The translations under genes were made by a program, and so were the position numbers. Shown here one piece after another: positions 1 to 7,295 of a stretch of DNA of 25,727 nucleotides (position 1 is its first letter; each line of letters opens with the position of its first letter). Below the pieces are notes generated by a model. That model saw only the letters and a program-made list of their open reading frames with translations. It was not told the DNA's origin and made no database searches. The DNA comes from an uncultured virus (IMG/VR IMGVR_UViG_3300043107_000144). Lineage: Duplodnaviria; Heunggongvirae; Uroviricota; Caudoviricetes. The stretch lies in IMG/VR virus record IMGVR_UViG_3300043107_000144; one strand, given 5' to 3'.

Positions 1-125
1 TAAAGAGTTGGAGTTGGGACACGCAGGAAAAGAAAGCGTTTACCGAGTATCACAATATCAATAAGAACTGGTGCTTTTCCATTCCGAGTGGTTTAACAAC
101 TAAAGTGGTTAAGATATGGGAATGA
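1..125 (+). CDS. Partial hypothetical protein (5' end outside window)
   Basis: Open frame from base 3 (KSWSWDTQEKKAF...VVKIWE) ending at TGA 123-125, overlapping the next ATG (ATGA 122-125). Confidence 0.55.
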   Translation, partial: KSWSWDTQEKKAFTEYHNINKNWCFSIPSGLTTKVVKIWE

Positions 126-514
126 TTATATGTAGTGTGATTTATATGACAGCAGTTATCGCCTTGTTCAATATGAATTGGCGGTTGCGCGACAAATGCC
201 ATCGGTTGACAGTGGAAAAGGCTGCATTGCAAATGAAATGCAATGATTTGGAAGAAAATGTGAAGTACTCAAAGCTATTGTTGGAGAAATCCTACACCAA
301 TCAAGAAACGCTAAACCATGCAAACAGCCTTGTGCGAGCGTTTATGCAGCCTGCTGAACACTTCGATATTGGCAGAAGCCTTAAAGGTAAGACAACGGTT
401 TTCGCTTTTCATGGTGAGGATAGGTACTTCAATGTAGTGAAGGTGTTCGATTCTTCTGATGCGGATGCAAACGAGAAGAAAGCAAGAGAATTGGTTAAAA
501 TGTTGGAGGAATGA
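122..514 (+). CDS. Hypothetical protein, N-terminal TM plus coiled coil; paralog of 2998-3420
   Basis: ORF track 116..514; ATG 122 preferred for ATGA coupling; hydrophobic N-terminus; C-terminus VVKVFDSSDADANEKKARELVKMLEE. Confidence 0.75.
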   Translation: MIICSVIYMTAVIALFNMNWRLRDKCHRLTVEKAALQMKCNDLEENVKYSKLLLEKSYTNQETLNHANSLVRAFMQPAEHFDIGRSLKGKTTVFAFHGEDRYFNVVKVFDSSDADANEKKARELVKMLEE

Positions 515-1023
515 ATATGATAAAGAAAGAATTAGAAAATATGCTTGCGTGGTTCGCTAATGGGGTTTCTCTGTACTTTGAAACCGAACATTCTCCCGAA
601 TCAGTGAAGAATGGTGTGTATGAGTATTACAAAGAACTTCACACAGCATTAAGGAAGTATGCAAAGATTAACTTCGCAAACCTTACAGATGCGGAATGTG
701 ATTTACTTGGCTTTGGTGATTGGAGTAACAAGCATGGCGCGGAAGAAGAAATAAAGGAGATTGTTGAGCAGATGAAATCCTGCAAAACGGAAGATGAAAC
801 AAATAGGTTACTTGAACAGATAAACGCAGCCAAGAAAGGTGTTGGATTAAGACTGATTCCATTGTGGCTTTACAGTCAGATACCGTTAGGCATGGAACTG
901 ACGGATATATTTGGAAAGAAAGTCATATTTGATGGGACAAATGACAAAGGAACAAGACTTGGCTGTCTTGCGTATGGCATTTATCCGGTGGATGTTAAAC
1001 GATTTGATGATGATAGGCTATGA
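511..1023 (+). CDS. Hypothetical phage protein
   Basis: 170-aa ORF with ATGA overlaps on both sides. Confidence 0.8.
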   Translation: MNMIKKELENMLAWFANGVSLYFETEHSPESVKNGVYEYYKELHTALRKYAKINFANLTDAECDLLGFGDWSNKHGAEEEIKEIVEQMKSCKTEDETNRLLEQINAAKKGVGLRLIPLWLYSQIPLGMELTDIFGKKVIFDGTNDKGTRLGCLAYGIYPVDVKRFDDDRL

Positions 1024-1277
1024 AAGAGGAAAACAAAGACAAGTCTGAAATGCTACATAAAAAGCTCGATGGGATTAAGCGTCTAATGCACCCACGTGAT
1101 AGCTTAGCCAATTATGTATGTTTGTTCGGGTGTGAAGATAAATTCGAATGTGAAGTTTTAGGCTGTTGCAATATTATGCAGGACGTAATCAACATATTTG
1201 AACGCCACGAAAATCAGATACAAAGGGAGCTATATCAAGAAATGATTAAAGTACGTAAAGAAATCAAAGCCTTATGA
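1020..1277 (+). CDS. Hypothetical phage protein
   Basis: 85-aa ORF in coupled chain. Confidence 0.7.
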   Translation: MKEENKDKSEMLHKKLDGIKRLMHPRDSLANYVCLFGCEDKFECEVLGCCNIMQDVINIFERHENQIQRELYQEMIKVRKEIKAL

Positions 1278-1594
1278 AAGAACTTGAAGTGAAATCAATG
1301 TTATCAGACCCATCAATCCCCGACAGCTATAAGTTAGGCGGTCGTTTGGATGAGAGATTCTTGGCAGGGGTTGAGTATGCCGAAGCGGTGATTGAGAAAG
1401 CACCGTTGCTTTGGGCGGCTAGAGATAAAGATGATGAAGTGAACTTCTTTGCTAATAAGCCATCCTATGACGTGTGCTACAATAGTTTCATGTCAGCGAC
1501 AAACTCAAAGGCAGCGGTAAACAAGTGGTTCCCGGAAATTACTTGGGAGAACAGTCCTAAGAAGGTTAGATTAATTTTGGAGGATGAAGAATGA
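1274..1594 (+). CDS. Hypothetical phage protein
   Basis: 106-aa ORF with WAARDKD and FPEITWENSP motifs; coupled. Confidence 0.75.
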   Translation: MKELEVKSMLSDPSIPDSYKLGGRLDERFLAGVEYAEAVIEKAPLLWAARDKDDEVNFFANKPSYDVCYNSFMSATNSKAAVNKWFPEITWENSPKKVRLILEDEE

Positions 1595-1755
1595 AGATTA
1601 AAAGAAAAGAGCTTGAAGGAATAAACTATTTCCTGAACAAGATTATAGAACTTTCAACGCCACCAAACTACGATGTGTTTGAAGTCTTCTATAACCTGAA
1701 AGAAATAGAGAAGCTAACAAAGGCAATAAAAGCAATATTGAAGGAGGGAAAATAA
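1591..1755 (+). CDS. Small hypothetical protein (54 aa, not in ORF track)
   Basis: ATG 1591 to TAA 1755, MKIKRKELEGINYFLNK...ILKEGK; fills the gap exactly between neighbours. Confidence 0.7.
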   Translation: MKIKRKELEGINYFLNKIIELSTPPNYDVFEVFYNLKEIEKLTKAIKAILKEGK

Positions 1756-2049
1756 ATGATAGATAATAAATACATATTACATCTCGTTCTAAAAGGTAAG
1801 TGGTACGATATGATTAAGTCCGGAGAGAAGTTGGAAGAATACCGAGAAATCACACCATATTGGAAGAAGAGAATCATTGATAAATATCCTTTATATGTGA
1901 AATTCCATCGTGGGTATTCTAACAAGCAAACAATGACCTTTGGTATATCGAATATCACGATAGGCGGTGGACGAATTAAGTGGGGAGCCGACCCAAATAA
2001 AGCTTATTACGTTATTAGTATTGGAAGTAAAATTTTGGAGGATGAGTAA
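1756..2049 (+). CDS. ASCH-domain protein
   Basis: LHLVLKGKWYDMIKSGEKLEEYRE matches the ASCH GxKxxExR signature. Confidence 0.8.
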   Translation: MIDNKYILHLVLKGKWYDMIKSGEKLEEYREITPYWKKRIIDKYPLYVKFHRGYSNKQTMTFGISNITIGGGRIKWGADPNKAYYVISIGSKILEDE

Positions 2050-2252
2050 TGGAACGCATAATTGGAAGATTCATTCATGTCGGTATGAATATGGTAGCAT
2101 TGTCGACATTCGCATTTGTCGTAAGTTGCATATCAAAATTTGACGAACTTACTGAAATTTTAAAGTATGTTACTCTTGGCACGCATTTGTTTTTCTATGT
2201 TTTGCTTATAGTATCTTGTGTTATATTAGGCTTATTCAAACGTGTTGAATAA
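2049..2252 (+). CDS. Small 2-TM membrane protein
   Basis: 67 aa with two hydrophobic stretches; TAATG coupling. Confidence 0.65.
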   Translation: MERIIGRFIHVGMNMVALSTFAFVVSCISKFDELTEILKYVTLGTHLFFYVLLIVSCVILGLFKRVE

Positions 2253-2270
2253 ATATTGGAGGATTAAGAA

Positions 2271-2702
2271 ATGAGCTACAAAATAGGTGACGATGTAATC
2301 GTATTGGAAGGAGATGAAGTAAGATGTGCGCAGGTGATTAGCGTGGAAGATTCCGGAAGGTATCACATACTATTGGAAGATGGCAACGACTACTATGTTG
2401 ACGAGCAGGACTTGGTTGACAATACTCCCGATGCAGATGTAAATCAGAAGCAGATTCATATCCTTTTCCTGCGGTTGCAGTATTGGAAGGCAGCAGCCGA
2501 ACACGCTAGCAGATATAACGGCAAGCTGGTTAAGATGATTAACAACAAGATTGGTTGGGAGCAGCGCAGGTGGGAATTGGCTAGCATGATTTTTGCGTCT
2601 GACACACATGAGTATTCAATCAGAAAGAAGATTGAGATGCTTCTTGACCGAATAGATTTTTTTATTTGTGTATATAAAGATTATGAACACATAGGAAAAT
2701 GA
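2271..2702 (+). CDS. Hypothetical protein, possible SH3/Tudor-like N-terminus
   Basis: YKIGDDVIV...YHILLEDG..YYVDEQDL beta-barrel-like pattern; GGAGG upstream. Confidence 0.7.
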   Translation: MSYKIGDDVIVLEGDEVRCAQVISVEDSGRYHILLEDGNDYYVDEQDLVDNTPDADVNQKQIHILFLRLQYWKAAAEHASRYNGKLVKMINNKIGWEQRRWELASMIFASDTHEYSIRKKIEMLLDRIDFFICVYKDYEHIGK

Positions 2703-2986
2703 GCAGAGCAATGAACAAATTAGAAGCAGCGTGCCATGAGTACGGCTTCGACCAGACTTCCGTAGACGCTTTTGTAGAAGGCGCAAATTGGGCAGATTCC
2801 AATCCTAATTGGATAAGCGTAGAGGAAGAACTGCCTGCGAACAACAGCCTAGTATTAATCAAGGACGAGTTTAGCAGCGGATTTTATACCGCCTACTATC
2901 TTGATGATTCTAAAACATGGCGGTCGTGGGAAACTGATAGAGAGCTACATCATGTAACACATTGGATGGATGTATTTGAACCCTAA
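2699..2986 (+). CDS. DUF551-like protein
   Basis: WISVEEELP...VTHWM motifs. Confidence 0.8.
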   Translation: MSRAMNKLEAACHEYGFDQTSVDAFVEGANWADSNPNWISVEEELPANNSLVLIKDEFSSGFYTAYYLDDSKTWRSWETDRELHHVTHWMDVFEP

Positions 2987-2997
2987 AGAAAGAAGAT

Positions 2998-3420
2998 ATG
3001 GAAGAATTACTTATTACTGTATTTGTGGTTATTGCAGTATTGTTCGCTGCCTCTTCGGTTGTGCTTTGGCTGCGGATAGGGAAACTTAAAACCGCCCTTC
3101 GCGAGAGCAGGGACTATTCATTAGACCAAATGACGCTGTTAAGCAAGAAGGACAGAGAAATTGAAACGGAAAAAGAGTTTGTCCGCAAGTTGGATGATGC
3201 ACTTTCGCAGAGTAAAGCAGCAGTAAACGAGCTAAAGACAGACAATGATGAGCCATGCGGATATTCCGTCAAGGACATTAAAGAAACCTGCTATTACGGT
3301 GTTTCTGCAAGCTACATGAGTGGGAAGAAGGCGTTAATCAAGGTGTTCTCAACTGATGATATTGACTACAATTATCGGTTGGCGCATGAACTTAAAGAAC
3401 AGTTGGAGGAGGAGTTATGA
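2998..3420 (+). CDS. Hypothetical protein, N-terminal TM plus coiled coil; paralog of 122-514
   Basis: Hydrophobic N-terminus; C-terminus LIKVFSTDDIDYNYRLAHELKEQLEE. Confidence 0.75.
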   Translation: MEELLITVFVVIAVLFAASSVVLWLRIGKLKTALRESRDYSLDQMTLLSKKDREIETEKEFVRKLDDALSQSKAAVNELKTDNDEPCGYSVKDIKETCYYGVSASYMSGKKALIKVFSTDDIDYNYRLAHELKEQLEEEL

Positions 3421-3755
3421 ACCGACTAATTTACTTCGGAACAAGCGGATGCTACACGCATGATACCACTGTAATCAAAGGCGACTTTAGCCAAAAGGAG
3501 AGCGTGCGTATCGCAAGAACCATCGGAACCGACCATGTTATTGGCTTTGTGTGGGACAGATGGATTTATGACCATGCACCAGTCCTGCTTCACGTGGATA
3601 ATTACAGCGTCTATGCCGTACCACTTAGCAGGGATGTTAGCGGAGGAGATTGCATTACAGCTTTGATTACAGACTTCGATACTCGGCTGACAGCAGACGA
3701 CTTCAAGGCAGAGATTGAGAAAAGTGAGTTTTTAACGAAACAGTTTGATATATGA
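3417..3755 (+). CDS. Hypothetical phage protein
   Basis: 112-aa coupled ORF. Confidence 0.75.
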   Translation: MNRLIYFGTSGCYTHDTTVIKGDFSQKESVRIARTIGTDHVIGFVWDRWIYDHAPVLLHVDNYSVYAVPLSRDVSGGDCITALITDFDTRLTADDFKAEIEKSEFLTKQFDI

Positions 3756-4129
3756 GAACAATAAAATTCAGAGGTAAGGGTTGTAATACCAACAAATGTG
3801 TTTATGGTAGCTTGCTGATAGCTTACGACCCATTCGACAAGCCTTACTACACAATCGCAGTCAAGGGCAGTATATTTGTTCGCGTTATTCCTGATACCGT
3901 AGGGCAGTTCACCGGACTGCTCGACAGCAACGGCAAGGAAATTTATGAAGGAGATACGCTGCAATTAAGAAATAAAGGCAAGGATGACGGTTATTTGGAA
4001 GGTGCTGTTGCTTACGATGAAACGCTTTGTTACTTCGTTTGGAAGTTCATGGGCACTGGTATAAGACCGTTGGCAGAGTGGGTTTTAGATAGAGAATATA
4101 TTGTAACGGTTAAGGAGGAAGAGGAGTGA
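3752..4129 (+). CDS. YopX-family protein
   Basis: MRTIKFRGK...TVGQFTGLLDSNGKEIYEGD signature. Confidence 0.9.
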   Translation: MRTIKFRGKGCNTNKCVYGSLLIAYDPFDKPYYTIAVKGSIFVRVIPDTVGQFTGLLDSNGKEIYEGDTLQLRNKGKDDGYLEGAVAYDETLCYFVWKFMGTGIRPLAEWVLDREYIVTVKEEEE

Positions 4130-4425
4130 AACAAGAAGTAAAAGAAGCAATAGAAAACTTAAAGAAGAGTGAATCCTTCCTGCTCATTGCGCGGACGGAG
4201 GATGGCGGAGGTTCGGTAACACTGAACAGCGACAGAGAACACCAAGTAAAGCTAATGCTCACCCTTCCGATTGCCTTCTACCACTGCAAGCAGTTGATAC
4301 CATATATCGAGCAGGCAGCGAAGATAGCAAGAGCGTATATAGACGAGTTGGGCGAAGAACAGCCGAAGAGCATTGAGGATATGTTTGGATTTGGCAAGGT
4401 GGAAGAAAACGAAAGGTTGAACTAA
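4126..4425 (+). CDS. Hypothetical phage protein
   Basis: 99-aa ORF, GTGA coupling. Confidence 0.7.
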   Translation: MKQEVKEAIENLKKSESFLLIARTEDGGGSVTLNSDREHQVKLMLTLPIAFYHCKQLIPYIEQAAKIARAYIDELGEEQPKSIEDMFGFGKVEENERLN

Positions 4426-4426
4426 T

Positions 4427-4648
4427 ATGTGGCTAACTGCGAGTAACAGACAGAAACACTTCCTCTACGCTATCCCCTGCGGAATGATAGGCACCATCCT
4501 ATTTGTCGCAGGGTTAGCCGTAGGGATGGAATTTAAAGACAAAGAGTACGGTGGCAAGTTCGACTATCTTGATATACTTGCTACCCTGCTTGGAGGAGTG
4601 ATAGGTAATGCAGTAACGATTTTAATTTTAATATTATGGATGAGATAA
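4427..4648 (+). CDS. Small membrane protein
   Basis: Hydrophobic; NRQKHF...MEFKDK..GGKFDYLDILATLLGG pattern. Confidence 0.7.
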   Translation: MWLTASNRQKHFLYAIPCGMIGTILFVAGLAVGMEFKDKEYGGKFDYLDILATLLGGVIGNAVTILILILWMR

Positions 4649-4986
4649 ATGACCCCGGCTCTTACAGAAGAGCGGAATTAAAGGAAATGGCGGCAAAATT
4701 AAAGGAACTGGCGGCAAAGCCGACCTTCCGCGAGAAGGTAACAGAAATGGCTGACCTTTACGAAAAGAAGAACAAGGACTACGGAGATTCATTCCATGAA
4801 ACCTGCAAGGAGTACGGACTTTATGCAGCGACCATGCGGTTACATGACAAGCTGAGCCGAGCAAAACAACTGCTCAAAAATGGCGAGCAGGAGATAAAGA
4901 CCGAGAGCGTGGTTGATACGCTGACTGACCTTGCCTGCTATGCGATTATGCTTTGCTTGGAGGTGGAGAAAGGAGGAAAGCAATGA
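4636..4986 (+). CDS. DUF1599 (nucleotide-modification-associated) protein
   Basis: YEKKNKDYGDSF...RLHDKLSR...ESVVDTLTDLACYAIM. Confidence 0.85.
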   Translation: MDEINDPGSYRRAELKEMAAKLKELAAKPTFREKVTEMADLYEKKNKDYGDSFHETCKEYGLYAATMRLHDKLSRAKQLLKNGEQEIKTESVVDTLTDLACYAIMLCLEVEKGGKQ

Positions 4987-5342
4987 AAATCCAAAAACAA
5001 AGATGGGATGGCTACGACAAGTATGTTATCTGGGCGGAGAAAGGCTCCGTACAAATAGACGTGTTCGACAAACCGCAGGGCGAACGAAAGATGGAAGCGT
5101 ATCTCTATGCTCTTTGGGTGGAAGAGGACGCAAGAAAGCAAGGACTTGGAAAGCAGTTGAGAGAAGCAGCCGAGGATATTGCAAGAAAGAGAGGATGTAA
5201 TACCGTGCATCTCGAATGGTCTAACAGAGAAGCACCATATTGGGTGCTTGATTGGTACTGCCGGAATGGTTATGACGAGAAGGAGTTTGGCGAGCATTGC
5301 GCGTTGATGATGAAGCTACTGACGAAGGGAGGTGAACAATGA
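4983..5342 (+). CDS. GNAT-family acetyltransferase
   Basis: LWVEEDARKQGLGKQL (motif A) and WYCRNGY; ATG 4983 overlaps the upstream stop. Confidence 0.85.
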   Translation: MKIQKQRWDGYDKYVIWAEKGSVQIDVFDKPQGERKMEAYLYALWVEEDARKQGLGKQLREAAEDIARKRGCNTVHLEWSNREAPYWVLDWYCRNGYDEKEFGEHCALMMKLLTKGGEQ

Positions 5343-5734
5343 AAATAAATGGGAAAGAAATACCTTGCGCGGATGAAATTCTGAATATTGACGTTGCAAA
5401 AGGTTTGACAGGTCGCGAAAGAGAAGCAAGACTTGCTGCGGTTGATAAAGTTGCGTTGGATGATTCGGGTGTGAGCGCATTCGAAAAGGGCGTTAAATGG
5501 GCGGAAGAACATCCGCACTGGATAAGTGTTAAGGATGAGAAGCCTCCGTACAATGAGCGTGTTCTGCTATATGGGAAAGACTGCACCTATGCCACAATCG
5601 GAGAATTGTGCAATGAATATGGGCACGACAAATACTACGATGATGAAGGTAGTCCATGGCGCTATGAAAATATTACTCATTGGATGCCGCTTCCGAAAGC
5701 ACCGAAGAAAGGAGGCTCAAATGGCAAATTATAG
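5339..5734 (+). CDS. DUF551-like protein
   Basis: WISVKDEKP...ITHWMPLPKAP. Confidence 0.85.
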   Translation: MKINGKEIPCADEILNIDVAKGLTGREREARLAAVDKVALDDSGVSAFEKGVKWAEEHPHWISVKDEKPPYNERVLLYGKDCTYATIGELCNEYGHDKYYDDEGSPWRYENITHWMPLPKAPKKGGSNGKL

Positions 5735-5742
5735 TTAAATAA

Positions 5743-5774
5743 TTTGGAAGTATAAAACAAACAATTTATTATTG
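5743..5774 (+). promoter_or_regulatory. Bacteroidetes-type promoter (variant -7 box)
   Basis: TTTG (5743-46), 20-nt spacer, TATTATTG (5767-74; one mismatch to TAnnTTTG). Confidence 0.5.
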
Positions 5775-5781
5775 CAGAGTG

Positions 5782-5844
5782 AAAGCGGATAGTCAGAGCT
5801 GGCCGCCTGATGACAAGCGTAATGTTTGGTGGCGCTTCCGCTTT
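5782..5844 (+). ncRNA. Candidate structured leader RNA (three-way junction)
   Basis: AAAGCGGA/TCCGCTTT closing stem enclosing TCAG/CTGA and AGCG/CGCT stems; followed by a T-rich tract. Confidence 0.4.
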
Positions 5845-5867
5845 TTCTTTTTCCCAACAACCTTTTA

Positions 5868-7295
5868 ATGCCAATGAATATGCAGAGACAAAAAATTCTT
5901 CCGGGAATGAAATTCGGAATGGCTACAATCATCAAAGAGGTAGAGCCTAATATTGCACCATGCGGCACAAAAAAACGCAGATTCCTTTGCAAATGTGATT
6001 GTGGCAACGAGTACATAACATTGAGAGCCACACTCAGGAAGGGTGGCAACCCAAATTGCGGCTGCTCAATGCGCCCAGAAATAGGACATGGATGTAGAAA
6101 ATACACCGACGAGCAAAAAAACAGCTGGTTATATTCTACGTGGTCGGGAATGAGGCAGCGTTGCTATTATAAAAAATCACATTCATACCCAAATTATGGA
6201 GGAAGAGGAATCCGGGTGTGTGAAGATTGGAGAGAAAACTATATAAGTTTTTATAATTGGGCCATCAGTAATGGCGCAGCAGAAGACTTGTCGTTAGACA
6301 GAATCGACACCAATGGAGATTATTGTCCTGAGAATTGTAGGTGGGTCTCTTATAGTGAACAGGCGAGAAATAAACGATGTAACCGTTATATTGAATACGA
6401 CGGAAAGAATCAACTCTTGATTGATTGGGCAAAAGAGGTGGGGATACCGTATGACAATATTCGAGCTCGTTTGGATGAATATGGATGGTCTATCGGTGAG
6501 GCATTAGGATTTAAAAAACATGACCAGCAAAAACGCGATTACTCTTCACGCAGAAAAACGGTATTGCAGTACTCTATTAAAGGAGAGCTGATAAAGGAAT
6601 GGCCTTCAATTATGGATATTGAGACCGAGCTTGGTTATAGCGGTTCTTCAATAAGGTCTGTATGTGTAGGCGAATCGTTTACGTCTCATGGATTTAAATG
6701 GGAATTTAAAGACAAAACTCCACCGCCAGATGGTATAATTAGAAGGCGGGCACACGTAAAACAATATACAACAGATGGAGTATTTTTGGCTGAGTATTCA
6801 TCCGTTGCAGAAGCGTCAAAATCTACAAACATAAATGGGAATGGTATCCGATTGTGCTGCACAAAAGAAAATAAAAAGTCGTGTGGCGGATTTTTATGGA
6901 AATATGCAAATGACACACGCCAGATTGAACCAATTAATTATATTGAGCCACAGACATCCAAAATCATAACATATTGCGGGGAATCAAAGACTATATCGGA
7001 GTGGGCGAAGCAGGTCAATATCAGAGCGCAGGTAATTATCTCCCGACTGAACAGAGGTAGTTCGGTCGGGCAAGCGCTGGGGATTGATTTTAAGTCAAGA
7101 AAAGGCTCATCGTATTCTTGTCCGATAATGCAGCTTGACGCTAATAAAAAACTAATACGCGAGTGGAAAAGTCTGCACTATATAAGGAAAGAAGGGGTTC
7201 GCGATAAAAAGCAAGTAAGACGTTCAATCGACACGGGGCTTCCTGATTCACACGGAGAGTATTGGGTTTTAAAAGACAATTATTATGCTGACTGA
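5868..7295 (+). CDS. HNH-type homing endonuclease with NUMOD1-like DNA-binding repeats
   Basis: CKCDCG..NCGC, YGGRGIRVCEDW, LSLDRIDTNGDYCPENCRW; repeated VxQY...G..I.EW.S units. Start likely ATG 5868, 5874 or 5880. Confidence 0.85.
   Translation: MPMNMQRQKILPGMKFGMATIIKEVEPNIAPCGTKKRRFLCKCDCGNEYITLRATLRKGGNPNCGCSMRPEIGHGCRKYTDEQKNSWLYSTWSGMRQRCYYKKSHSYPNYGGRGIRVCEDWRENYISFYNWAISNGAAEDLSLDRIDTNGDYCPENCRWVSYSEQARNKRCNRYIEYDGKNQLLIDWAKEVGIPYDNIRARLDEYGWSIGEALGFKKHDQQKRDYSSRRKTVLQYSIKGELIKEWPSIMDIETELGYSGSSIRSVCVGESFTSHGFKWEFKDKTPPPDGIIRRRAHVKQYTTDGVFLAEYSSVAEASKSTNINGNGIRLCCTKENKKSCGGFLWKYANDTRQIEPINYIEPQTSKIITYCGESKTISEWAKQVNIRAQVIISRLNRGSSVGQALGIDFKSRKGSSYSCPIMQLDANKKLIREWKSLHYIRKEGVRDKKQVRRSIDTGLPDSHGEYWVLKDNYYAD

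Noticed and set aside
4676..4717. 21-bp tandem duplication (LKEMAAK/LKELAAK)
   Set aside because: In-frame two-copy coding repeat with no sign of a further role.
5781..5815. Hammerhead ribozyme (GAAA and CTGATGA both present)
   Set aside because: Stem II cannot form (T before GAAA versus C after CTGATGA) and no stem III with a UH site fits.
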